Positions 25,677 through 37,850 of a stretch of 64,000 nt of DNA are shown one piece after another. Made by a program: the position numbers and the translations under genes. The notes beneath the pieces are model-generated. The model was not told the origin of the DNA. It saw only the letters and a program-made list of their open reading frames with translations, and ran no database searches. Source of the stretch: the human T2T-CHM13v2.0 reference genome, Homo sapiens; the NCBI RefSeq assembly GCF_009914755.1, contig NC_060934.1. One strand, written 5' to 3'. Every line of letters starts with the position of its first letter. The stretch's first letter is position 1.

Positions 25677-27563
25677 ACATTTTAAACATCTTTGCTAACT
25701 TTGGTGGGCTTGGTTACCCGGCATGATAACGCACGGAAGGTTTTCAGGTTTTTCGGTGGAAAGACTTGCATGCGTCTGTCTGTGGAAGTTTGGCTCGCTC
25801 CACGTGGAGGGTGGGACCGGGGTCAGGGGTTAAAGGTCGGGACCTTGGCGCCGCCCAGACTGCACGTGGCTGGAGCTGCCCGCCCACTCTCCCTCCTAAC
25901 GCCCAGAATCGTCGCGCGGGCTGGGGCGCACCCCGGCTGGAATCCAGCTCAAGAGTCCGCGCGGAGAAAGACAAAGACTGGGAGGCAGGCCTCGCCATTT
26001 AAGCGATTGCCTTCTGGGAACAAGCGAGCTGGGTGCCCAGCGGCATATTCCCGGCACTGGGCTCGCCTTGAGCTTGGCCACAGCAGCTCCCGCTATGACA
26101 TGCCCTGTGCCGCGCACTTCCTCTCCAGGGGTATAAAGCAGGCGATGGCGCTGCTTGTACCTAGTAAAGCCTCCACTTTGCTCGCCGCGAGCTTGGCGCG
26201 ACCAGCTTGTCGCTGCGCCCAGCTACCCGGCCGGTGGCAGAGTTATGTGTCTCGCGCGGAGAGGGAACTGGGCGCGGTGAGGCAGTTCTGCGGCTCAGGA
26301 GAGATCCGAGGCCCGGGACCAGGCAAAGAAGGTGAGGGAGGCAAAGGCGCTTCCCTACACTCTTTTGTTGTTAATAGTTTGCATTGGTTCAGCGTGTGGC
26401 TGGATCACCGGCTAGCACGCGGCCGCTTGCTCTGAATGGAACCTTGACGCGCGGCGGGGGCGCCCACGGACTTCCTCGCCCTGACACCTGCGGCCGCGCA
26501 GGGGCTGGGAGGGCGCTGCACCGAGAGAATAGCCGCGGGAGTATCATGCAAATTGCAGATTCTCGCTCCCAATAGATTGCAGCCACCTGTTCTTGGCAAA
26601 ACCTCGGAAAAGGAAGCCTGAGCTTGGAGGAAGCCGGTGGTTCAGCACCACCTGGGGCGAGCTCCTCCGGCCTCTGGCTGGGCAGAGCGGATGCAAAGGA
26701 GCCTGGAGTCCGCAGCGCTGAGGCCCTATCTCATCCGCTAGAAGGAAAACATTTGCGTGTGAGAGTTGACTCTGAGCTGCAAGGCATCGAAATCATCTAC
26801 ATTTTGTGAATATATACAGGATATCTGTAAACATCTATGTGACTCGCAGTATTTTTTGTAAACTGGCCAAACATATTCTATCTCATGTTGTCCATTTTGA
26901 GATCATGTTTTTTCTTCTCACATTAGATTTCATAAAAATCACAATCTATTCCAGGGTGATGTCAGAAGGATGTTACCCAAGAACACATCTGCCGACACTA
27001 GCTTAGTTCAATTACATTTATTTCAACTGAGCTTACATCAGTAAATATTTACTGGGCCCTAGTACATGCTGAGAAACTATGCTATTGGGTAGTCAGATAA
27101 AAGAGACAGTGGATTCGTTTTCTTGTGATTTATCGTATACATATACTTCGTTTCAATGAAATTCTTTTGCTTCAGATGACCCTTTTGAAATTTTTTCTAA
27201 TGTTCTTGGAATATTCCACGAAAAAACCAAACTGCGTCCAAAGAACTGCTTCTATAGGAATATTCCATCCATATCATTTTTGTTTGCATTTCAATAGATT
27301 ACAGTTTTTACAAGAGATCATGGTTTTAACAGTATTGGGTCACTGTATCCTCTGTAGGTTTCCCTTATAGGAAGTGGTTTCTTATAGCCATTTCAGTCAC
27401 TTAATGACAGTGATTTGTGCCCTTAAAATTTTAGGGAATGATCCTTTTCCAGTTTGTCATGATGTGTATATTTCATTCTTTTTACTAATCCAGAAACTAG
27501 CTGTCAACCGTGATCCAACAGTATAATTAGTTCTTAGGAATTCCTCTCTCACAGGTAACTAGG

Positions 27564-27567
<4 letters not shown>

Positions 27568-27614
<47 letters not shown>
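27568..27614 (+). repeat. (CA)23 microsatellite
   Basis: Perfect AC run. Confidence 0.98.
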
Positions 27615-27615
<1 letters not shown>

Positions 27616-29084
27616 CTTTGCATTTGGATTTAAATGTTCAGGACTCCATTGTTGCCAGATTTCCTGTCTCAAGACTATCAATTCATTTGAATAATCAGCA
27701 AAATCATCAGCCTCCTTTCAGCCTCTAAACTGGATTTAAAAGATTGACGTTTCTTAAAACTCAAATCGAGTCGGGCTGCAACTGCATGCCCAGAGGGACC
27801 TGAATCATACACACACTGGATAATGAAATACACTTAGATTTTATTAGTGGGTAATTCATGCTCAGAATCTTGGAACAATAATATAATTAAATAAACAACT
27901 GGGAGAAGGAACCAGATAAGTCAGGAGGTAAAATTATTTAGCTAAAGTTAGAATGGAAGTAAGGAACTGCATTTCAAAATTTTGAATTCAGCCATTAACT
28001 TGTGGAAAGAGAAGAGATAGAGAACCAAGTACCAGGACTGGCAAGGAAGGAGGGCAAGAGTCTTTCAGCAGTAATGTCATCAATGCAGTAGGCAGAAAGG
28101 TTGTTGTTGTATGTGTGTTTCTTGTGTCAGGAATCACAGAAAGAGGTGCATCCAATTCAGGGTGTGTGAATGCATAAAGATCATCAACACTTTCTCATTA
28201 ATGTCCCTTAAAAGTTAATCACTTTAACCCCACAATTTTCTCTCACTTCACACAAAATCAAATAAAACGATATATATTTTTCTTTTACAAAAGGCAGTGA
28301 AAAAGCGGTTAAAGCATGGATTAAATTGAAATTTTTCAGTGAGCCTTTGACATTCAAGAATAACTCAGTCACTTCATTCTACTGATTAAGTATTGCTTTT
28401 CTTTCATGGAGATAAAATAATTTCTCATACTCAAGCAACCTTCTTGATCCTCATTTCTAGAGGATTCTAGAAAACAGCAAATGGAGCACACTGAGCCTGC
28501 AACTTTGGGGAGTGGCAGGACAGAGTGGAAGGGGAGAGGCTTGTAGCTGTCGTTTCAGGACCCTTCAAAAAAGAGCTCTAAAAGAAGTGGTGGGAGCTTT
28601 AACACATTGCAGAGTACTGTCTCCCAGGCTGTTCACCCTTCTGAAGGGGGGTTCCTGAAGGGCAAAGGCTGGTCTGATTACATGCATCTTTCCAGAGCCT
28701 CTCACCAGGCCTGGCGCCAGTGGAGGCTCAATAAATGTTTGTGGAAAGATGGGGTGGAGAGATAAAGCATAATATAAATATGAATGGGTTTCTTCAGCAG
28801 AACTTGAGACAATGGGAAATGGGAGACCCTGGTTTATAGGTGGAAATTCCCAAGAAATGAGAAAAAAAAAATCAAGGCAAAATAATGCAGTTGATAGAGC
28901 AAATATTTCCTCCTCTACATCAACTTTTGGTTAGCTTCACGGGCGTGTGCACGCCCAGGGATAGGGAGACAACTTTAGGACTATATAAGTATTGCCCAAA
29001 ATGGGATTCTTGTGTTTCAGAGACTAACTTCAAGGGGAGGGCGCCATGGACAGAGCTGTAAAGATCTTTCCCGCTTTCTATGAA

Positions 29085-29380
29085 GAGGGCGGGCAGAGCG
29101 TCAGCCCCTAGAAAACTACATTTCCCAGAATGCCATACGCAGGCGGGAGAGGGCATGAACAGAGCCTTGGCGCGATGCTCCTTGGGAGGTGTAGTTTCCA
29201 CGCGTCCAGCTCGAACGCTGATGCCCCAGCGCGGTGGTAAAATGAGCCCACGTGATCGGAAAAGCAGCGGTTTCCCTTTGAGCCGGAACAGGATGACTGG
29301 GTTGACCGATGCTGGGCAGCTGAGCGGACCAATCGGCCCCCTAGACTGAGACGTTGGCGTTTGAAATCAGCCAATGGCAG
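29085..29380 (+). promoter_or_regulatory. BUB3 TATA-less cell-cycle promoter
   Basis: ZNF143/THAP11-type ACTACATTTCCCAGAATGCC (29115-29134) and a reverse copy (29183-29195), CACGTG (29249), CCGGAA (29283), CCAAT (29329, 29371), and TTGGCG+TTTGAA (CHR) at 29354-29365. Confidence 0.8.
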
Positions 29381-29507
29381 GTCTACACTGGAGCTTCCTC
29401 TCCGCCTCCTTCGCCTAGCCTGCGAGTGTTCTGAGGGAAGCAAGGAGGCGGCGGCGGCCGCAGCGAGTGGCGAGTAGTGGAAACGTTGCTTCTGAGGGGA
29501 GCCCAAG
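29380..29507 (+). other. BUB3: BUB3 non-coding exon 1 (5' UTR; start approximate)
   Basis: Lies downstream of the CCAAT/CHR promoter, has no ATG, and ends at donor CCCAAG|GTAGGG (29507/29508). The TSS cannot be fixed from sequence. Confidence 0.75.
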
Positions 29508-29939
29508 GTAGGGAGGCGAGGCGACGGTGTGCGGGAGCGGGCTCTCCAGGGACTTCCCGGGTCCGCAACTGGCAGGGCCGTTCGATTCGCAGGGGATCCC
29601 GTTTCGTTTCTGTTGTTTTCCCTTTATTTTTAGGAGTGCCCGGGGCGACGGGACCCCGGGAGAGGGGAAAGGGAACAGTCTGGGGTCCGGGCATCGCTGT
29701 GGGCCGGGCTGGGTTTAGGGGGACGGCGGTGCGGGCTGGGCCGGTTTGGGCGCGGCGGGGGCCGGATGATGGGGCGAGTCCGGACCTTGGCGGGCGAGTG
29801 CTCGGCGCAGGCGCAAGCGCAGAGTCTCCTCGCGGTCGTCCTCTCGGCCCCTCCCTCTGGGGGGACCCCCAGTGCCAGGCTGTCAGTGCGCAGCCCCAGC
29901 CCGCGGGACCCCTGGGGACTCTGGGCGCCTGTTCTGCAG

Positions 29940-30134
29940 ATGACCGGTTCTAACGAGTTCAAGCTGAACCAGCCACCCGAGGATGGCATCTCCTCCGTGA
30001 AGTTCAGCCCCAACACCTCCCAGTTCCTGCTTGTCTCCTCCTGGGACACGTCCGTGCGTCTCTACGATGTGCCGGCCAACTCCATGCGGCTCAAGTACCA
30101 GCACACCGGCGCCGTCCTGGACTGCGCCTTCTAC
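29940..30134 (+). CDS. BUB3: BUB3 mitotic checkpoint WD40 protein, first coding exon (exon 2)
   Basis: ctgcag|ATG, encodes MTGSNEFKLNQPPEDGISSVKFSPNTSQFLLVSSWDTSVRLYDVPANSMRLKYQHTGAVLDCAFY. Donor TAC|GTAGGT. 195 nt. Confidence 0.97.
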
Positions 30135-30679
30135 GTAGGTGCCCTCCCGCCCTGCTCCTGCCCTCTTACTGTGTTAACGATTCTCCACGTGAGGAGCGTT
30201 TCTTTTCCAGTGTTGGGTAGAGGCGTCTGTCGGTGGGGTTATTTGGACAGTTCTTTAGCTTTTCAGGAGCATCTGCCTTGAACCTGTACCGTTTTGGGTT
30301 GGAGACATGCAGACATTGGAAACTCCGTCTCCCCTTTTCTGTTACACGCTTGTGGAGTAACTCTAAACTTTCTGAAAATACGATCATTATATTTGCAACA
30401 ATACTGTTTTGGCTGCCGTATTGAAAGGAACCGTTTAGGGGAAATGTATGTTTACCCTCAGCTAGCGTGTTGGCTAGGATAAAGCAGCCCTCCTTTAATT
30501 TCCAGACACAGGAGTTTAGTGACCACTTGCTTTTTTATGCTGTTTTTTGGTTTGTTTACCATGAATAGTTGAGCCCAGTGCATATCCCGAGCATAAACTG
30601 AACACTTGCTTGTAGAAATAAGAATGTTGAAACCCTTTCAAAAGTTCTAGTTTTTAAACGGTTCAAAACTATTTTATAG

Positions 30680-30749
30680 GATCCAACGCATGCCTGGAGT
30701 GGAGGACTAGATCATCAATTGAAAATGCATGATTTGAACACTGATCAAG
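30680..30749 (+). CDS. BUB3: BUB3 exon 3
   Basis: ttttatag|GAT, encodes DPTHAWSGGLDHQLKMHDLNTDQ, donor G|GTAATG. 70 nt. Confidence 0.95.
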
Positions 30750-31753
30750 GTAATGTGACCATATCTTTACCAGTTTGTTTTCTTGGCTAGTGTTCTTAAG
30801 TATAAATGTTTATGTAGGAAGAGTGGTTCCTAAATTGCTTAGTTACTAAGTTGCTTAAGTACAGGTGGCTTGAATTTAGGATTTTTTTAATTTAAATGAT
30901 AACCATTAAGTTACTGATTACAGAATATTATGCATGTATTTTTGCAGTAAAGCCAGTTATGGTCGCCATTGTCAGTGTTTACATAAATTGACACTCAAGT
31001 ATTTGGCCTTTATTTTGTCCTTAGAAGTGGGCTGGATCCCAGACTGGCCAGCGTTTCATTAGGATTTTCCACTACAATGCTGATGTTTTGAGAGTTCAGT
31101 TTTTAGAAGCTAATTTAGTTTTCAGAAGCTAAAGGTAGATTTAAAACCTGACAAAAAATAGGCAATCATGTCTATATTAATTGTGTTTGTTTTAGGTATT
31201 TAGCAAAATATGTTTCCGTTGCATTTTTTGAATGAGTAACTAGATGATACATTTCCTTTCGGTTAAGTAATTTCTTAGAGATCCAGATATGAAATGACTT
31301 ACTCAAATTTTTTTGGTGACATTGGCACAGTGTTAGAGATTGGACTGGAGCCCAAATGCATAGAGCTCTCTAGCTGAACATTTGTTTGCATGTGTATTCA
31401 TCAGACATAGGTATTCTAAGGAGATAGGAGGGTACAGAGATATGACTAGAGAGAAGATGAGTTGAGCAACAGGAGAATGGATGGAGGATGGCCACATTTT
31501 GTCAAAAAACTAAGCACCCAATTAGAAGAGGCTTTTGCATGAAAGCTACTTCTTCTGTAACTTATACTGCAGGTATTGGGTTTTGTTTGCCAGTAGCTTA
31601 CCCTGTGTAATAAGTAAGCTTGTAAGTCTAGGTTCTATTTGTTCAGAAACTTGTAGGGGTAGGGAGAAACACTGAAAAGCAAACGTCTCGATTTTCAGTG
31701 TTACATAGAGAATTAGCTGTTTATTCTATGAAAGTCACTGCCAAACTTCATGA

Positions 31754-32035
<282 letters not shown>

Positions 32036-32750
32036 GCTAATCTTACTGTTTGCAGGTCAGGACCATATATTGTTCATTCCTATATCCTTAGCAGTTGGCA
32101 CAGATTCTGGTACATAGTAGATGTTAGTTGAAGGAATAAATGAGATATAGTGAGAAGGTTCAAATTGAAAAGAAAATGTCTATTGAAAATTTGAACCACA
32201 GTGGAACCAAGTGCAGTAATGAGAGGACTTCACTCCCAGTTCTCATAACCCTTTAGCCATGTAAATAAGTTTCTTAGCAGCATTGGCTTAATGTTCAACA
32301 TAAATGTTGTTGATCCAGAAGACCAGAGTTCTCCATTCATTTGTTTATTCAACAGATATTTCTTGAGCACCTAGCCTGTACCAGACCTTGCACTAGATAC
32401 GGGCAGAGATCACAGAGGTAAACGCAGTTCCTGATAGGAAATCTAGAATCAAGTGAGGAAGATAACAGACATGCCACTATGTTAATGTAATCTGAAATTC
32501 AAGACAGCCTTTGGTATGTGCAATACTAGTGAGTCATGTGAAGTGTGCACTGTAAGGTGAACAGAGAGGAACGGATAACTTTGTAGTCATGGAGAGATTT
32601 TTCTGTCTGTAGTAGACATTTCCATGGGGTTGGATGAGGCAAATTCATTACAGTTGAATGAATGTTTCTTTTAATTGTTTATTTTAGGAATCTTTAGTAA
32701 AGGTAGTAAGCTAGATGTTGGGGTTTTTTCCCCTTTTTTTTTCTCTATAG

Positions 32751-32902
32751 AAAATCTTGTTGGGACCCATGATGCCCCTATCAGATGTGTTGAATACTGT
32801 CCAGAAGTGAATGTGATGGTCACTGGAAGTTGGGATCAGACAGTTAAACTGTGGGATCCCAGAACTCCTTGTAATGCTGGGACCTTCTCTCAGCCTGAAA
32901 AG
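32751..32902 (+). CDS. BUB3: BUB3 exon 4
   Basis: ctctatag|AA, encodes ENLVGTHDAPIRCVEYCPEVNVMVTGSWDQTVKLWDPRTPCNAGTFSQPEK, donor AAG|GTAGGC. 152 nt. Confidence 0.96.
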
Positions 32903-35428
32903 GTAGGCTCTTTATATTCATTGCAGGAGTTGATGGTTTTGGGGTGATTTTTGTCTTGGTGCATGATTGTTGACTATGCTTGTTGAATTTAAAGGTGAAA
33001 AGTCAACATGGGGGGAAAAAAGGTTGACAGTTGGTTTTATAAATCCAACTACATAGAAATGCTTTAATGCAAAAGAAAATTAACTTTGGGATTTTGGGCC
33101 AACTTTTATTTGTCAGTTGTTATATTTGCTTCCATGTATTGTTAATGCTTTAAATCGCAAAATTGAGAAGCAACTCACTGCCTTTTCAGAGAAGTCATTT
33201 AGCAGACTGTTCGATTGTCTTAAATTGACGCTCCATCCCAAACCAGAAGATTGGATGGAGCATCACTTATTTTCATTTGTTATCTGAGGTTTCTTTGGGT
33301 TGACTGTTGAGAGGGCAAAATGGGTTATCATTTCAAGTTCAGTAAGAAAGGTGTTTTATGTTCCCTGGCTTGTACTGTTCGTATATTTATTTTTTAATAC
33401 TGACAGATGTAGTTTCAAGGCACCTTAGTGAACAAAGCTTTTTAAAACCAAAACTTTGTGTATTATTCTAACCTTTTGATCTGTATGATAAAAGTGTAAT
33501 TGAGCTTTCCTTCTGTATCCTCATCAGACTTTATCAGGTGGTAGTTAATTTTAAAGATTGATTGTTTAAGCAGTTTAAAGGTATCCCTCACTTGAGTCTA
33601 TTTCCTCAGCGTGAATATACTATTCAATTCCTGTTAGCCATCATTATTTACAATAGTGCATCCAAAGAGCCATTATTTTTGTCACATCACAGTCGAATCT
33701 ACTCCTGGCAAGACCTTTGTTCAGAATAAAATAATTGCATTGTTTCTAGTTTTGATTTATGGTTGTATGTAACATGTTAAGAACTGTGATAAATTGCTGA
33801 CAGAATATCATATAATGGACAGCCACACTGAATCAAGCTGCTTATTGGTTCAGCAAGGTTCATTATGTCACTTTTTTTAATACTTTCTTTGATAAATGTA
33901 TATACCTAGTCAGTAGCATGACAGTGGTTTCACTTGATTTATGATCAGTGGGGATAGAAAGCACTATTAGAAGCTTGTGTGTCACCTATATAGTAAAGAT
34001 TTAAGATAAAATTCCCAGTATGATTGTACCATTATAAATCGATCTCTTTCTGGATTCTTTATTTTTAAAGTTTGGTACTTTATACATCTTAATTTTCATT
34101 TTACTGCAAACATTTTGTTTTCTGAGTAAGCTATGATAAATCTTAACATTTCTGACATTTATATCTGCTTATATTAAATCTATTGTTTTGAATCTTAATT
34201 TTAATTCCTTATTTTTCCCTTGGTCACATTAATTGTTGAATTTTAAGGCCAGATTCTAGAGAGGGGTGGGACATGGCGTTGTTAAAGCTAACTTGGTTCT
34301 TCAGCTGATGGTATGTGGTTAACATACTAGTGATTATTAACATATGGCTTAAGTACTGAATGTTGAAGAGACATCATCTTACCTTGCCATGGGGCCTCTC
34401 TGCATTTTTTATGGCAGTTCTTCAGGTTTGAAAATGCTAAGTCAGATTAGAGTTTCTTATTAATTGAAAATAATAGAGCACAGTTGTGAATCGCAAGTCT
34501 AGATTTTTAAAAAGTGACTGAACATGATCAGGAGAATATTTTTTTGCCACCTTTTTAATGAGTTGGCTACCTCTGTTTTGTTTCCAAGTAACACTATATT
34601 TGCAAATAAACCACTAAATGTTTGCTTGTAGGAAATTCTATGGTTTATTATAAAGGAATTTTTGTGGAAAGTTTAATATTGAAGAAAGACATTATAAGGG
34701 GAAAAATAGGGGATACACTACTTTTAAAAATTTTCCCTAATGTTGAACTTCTATCTTGAATGCATAGTATTACATCAGGGCACAAGAATTGCTTTGTCAT
34801 ATGTCAGACCACTATCTTGTCTTTTAATTTTGAGTTTGTATGCCACCAAAGGCTGCTAAACATCTAATTAGTGGTGGCTCCCTCACCCTTCCTGGAAAGG
34901 CCTATTTATTCCATGTAACAACTGGGGAAAAAAAATCAAGATTTTTAGAGTTGCAAAATGAAATATTCTAAAAGGTGGTTTTAGAAAAATAGTTTTGAAA
35001 ATGATTGTTTTATGAAAAGCCAGAAACCCATTAAGCTCTACCTTGAATTATTTTATGGCTCTATTATCTCATTTTTGAATTTTTTTTTACACTTTTATGT
35101 TGTCTCTAAATGAAACATGAAGGCTAGGAAAAATAGTTTAATTTGTTTTAGTAATGGAGAGAATTAAGACTTCAAAAGCTCCTTTACAGAATTACTTAGA
35201 ATGTACATTATATGATGCTTGGTGAAGTATGGAGAGCATCATGGGTTTGCTATTTTATGTGAATTACTTGGTTTGAATAATTGCAGTATCTAAAATTGTT
35301 ATCTGTGATTGGGGAATTCAGTCAGCTAATTTTTTATGGTCTTATGATCAGATGGACTTTATTTTGGGGCAAAATGCCATTTTCAGGCAAGAAGGTGATT
35401 TTTAGCAAGTTTTGATCTTTTTTAAAAG

Positions 35429-35587
35429 GTATATACCCTCTCAGTGTCTGGAGACCGGCTGATTGTGGGAACAGCAGGCCGCAGAGTGTTGGTGTGGGAC
35501 TTACGGAACATGGGTTACGTGCAGCAGCGCAGGGAGTCCAGCCTGAAATACCAGACTCGCTGCATACGAGCGTTTCCAAACAAGCAG
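35429..35587 (+). CDS. BUB3: BUB3 exon 5
   Basis: ttttaaaag|GTA, encodes [53 protein letters not shown], donor CAG|GTATTG. 159 nt. Confidence 0.95.
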
Positions 35588-37257
35588 GTATTGAACTATA
35601 CCTCCTCTTCTTTCTGGAATTTGAAAATAATATGATCTTATATTATAATGATTTGGCCACTAGCCCCTAAAGCCTTCTTTTTTTTTTTCAGTAGTGATTT
35701 AGAATTTGCTGTTAGGTGTATTCTTCCTTGATATTTTTGACAGCCATGTGTTAACAGGAAGTGCGTTAACCCCCATTTTAGAGACGACCTTGATGTTCAG
35801 AGAGACCAAGTAATCTGCTCAGGAAGTGGTTTGAATAGAGGAGGTTTTCTGACCTTTTGTTGATCCTGGTCCAGGATGCTTCATAGGTATACAGTAATCA
35901 AAGAGCGCTTTGCAGATATTTCAGTTTACAAAATGCTGAATTAAAATTTATATCTGGATTTTAAGCTTATGGAATTTGCTGTTTTCTTTTTGCCTTTTTG
36001 TAACCCTAATGCTTATGGAGTTCTTTCCCCAGTTTGACAATAGAACTTTGATAGTTTTTTTTTTTCTTAAACTCAACTGAGATTAGAGAGGCAGGGCCCC
36101 TCTTATGACTGACTCTTGATGTACAGGGTGGGTCACCTTCCATCATCGCTAAATGATATTAGCCTGTTTATTAGTGAGCTCCCTCCTCCCTCAAGTCCTT
36201 AAAGTTCTAAGAGGAGATGGTGGTGTGGTCAGGTGCAATAGGAATTTTGCAAGAGGAAAAGTCATTAAAAACAGAAGGTGTCTCTGGTATCTTATGGCTG
36301 TCCTTTGGTGGTTGTAGAACTTGAAGCAGGTATGTTATTCTCTTTGCTTTTTAACCTGCAAAGGCCAGTACCTCAAATGGTGATCACAGTTCCTTTTTTT
36401 TTAGGAAATTGTAAGTTTCCATCGAAGATAAAGAATTGCAGTTATGTGAAACTTCAGAGATTTAGATATGTGATTAAAATATGCTTACATTGTGAACATT
36501 ATTTTAATGCCATTATATCTAATATTTTATATAGGATTATTTCTACTTTGTAATGGAAGTTAAAAAGTAGGATTTTACTGACTTATATATTTCTTCATAA
36601 ACAGTTTTCAGGAATAAATCTTTTTCATACCTTGAAGGATTAAAAAATCATAGATTTCATATTTGGTGTGTTAGCTCTTATTTTTTAAGATACTGTCATT
36701 TCAACGAAAGATGAAAAAACGTTTAAAATTGTAAACCACTTTTGAATGTCCCTGAAAGTCTTTGTGCAAACCTGACTTGCTGTATTAAATGCAAGAAGTA
36801 GTATGACTGAGATGGAAGACTGGTGTTCTAGTTGATTTGGATTATTGATGCCCCCAATGAAGGAAACACAATTCTTAACAGTTGTTCGCGATGAAGAGGC
36901 ACAGAACATAGAAGAATATATTTTAACTGAGGGAACAAATTTGAGTCTGCTGGGCAGGACAACAAATAAGCGACACTAAAACACTTTAAATTTTTGTTTA
37001 GGTTTGATGCAGTAACTAGATATTTTTTATTGTAATGTGCAAGGCCCTGGTACCTGTGAGGAAAGCATGTGATGAGTCTTATTTTCTTTTTAAAGTCGTC
37101 ATAACCATGTTAGTACAGCCTAAACACTTCATTAAAGCCTGCTGTACTTCTCATTTCTGAAATAATCACTCTTTAGTGTGGGTTGAATTTGGGAATTAGC
37201 ACCTTGTTTTTGGAAGCTGGAATTTACCATTTTTTTCCTCTGGTTCTCTCTTGGCAG

Positions 37258-37435
37258 GGTTATGTATTAAGCTCTATTGAAGGCCGAGTGGCAGTTGAGT
37301 ATTTGGACCCAAGCCCTGAGGTACAGAAGAAGAAGTATGCCTTCAAATGTCACAGACTAAAAGAAAATAATATTGAGCAGATTTACCCAGTCAATGCCAT
37401 TTCTTTTCACAATATCCACAATACATTTGCCACAG
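37258..37435 (+). CDS. BUB3: BUB3 exon 6
   Basis: ttggcag|GGT, encodes [59 protein letters not shown], donor G|GTAAAG. 178 nt. Confidence 0.96.
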
Positions 37436-37633
37436 GTAAAGTATGGCATGCTGACCTATATTTAATTATTATACTATTTGGTGCTTGCTTTTTATGGTAT
37501 TTAGTGAAAAAAAATCTGTACAGTGCTTTAGGGAAATGTAACTTCTATGACCTTAAAAATTAACTGTTAAGAGAATGGTTATTTCTGTATCTGGTGTTAA
37601 GAACCATTTTAACTGTTTTGAAATTACTTCCAG

Positions 37634-37850
37634 GTGGTTCTGATGGCTTTGTAAATATTTGGGATCCATTTAACAAAAAGCGACTGTGCCAATTCCATCG
37701 GTACCCCACGAGCATCGCATCACTTGCCTTCAGTAATGATGGGACTACGCTTGCAATAGCGTCATCATATATGTATGAAATGGATGACACAGAACATCCT
37801 GAAGATGGTATCTTCATTCGCCAAGTGACAGATGCAGAAACAAAACCCAA
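37634..37850 (+). CDS. BUB3: BUB3 exon 7
   Basis: cttccag|GT, encodes [72 protein letters not shown], donor AA|GTGAGT. 217 nt; cumulative CDS 971 nt. Confidence 0.96.

Larger units (their letters stand above)
22600..26720. other. CpG island domain over HMX2 and downstream
   Basis: High GC and CpG. Smaller islands also at about 14500-15560, 17400-18950 and 21050-21670. Confidence 0.85.
28940..30150. other. BUB3 promoter CpG island
   Basis: High GC and CpG across exon 1 to exon 2. Confidence 0.9.

Noticed and set aside
25692-26435. 247-aa ORF downstream of HMX2
   Set aside because: TTG start, lies in a CpG island, low-complexity composition, no homology recognised.
27541-27560. YnCAG|GTAACT recursive-splice-like motif
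   Set aside because: Lies after the HMX2 poly(A) site in intergenic DNA; no evidence of a host intron.
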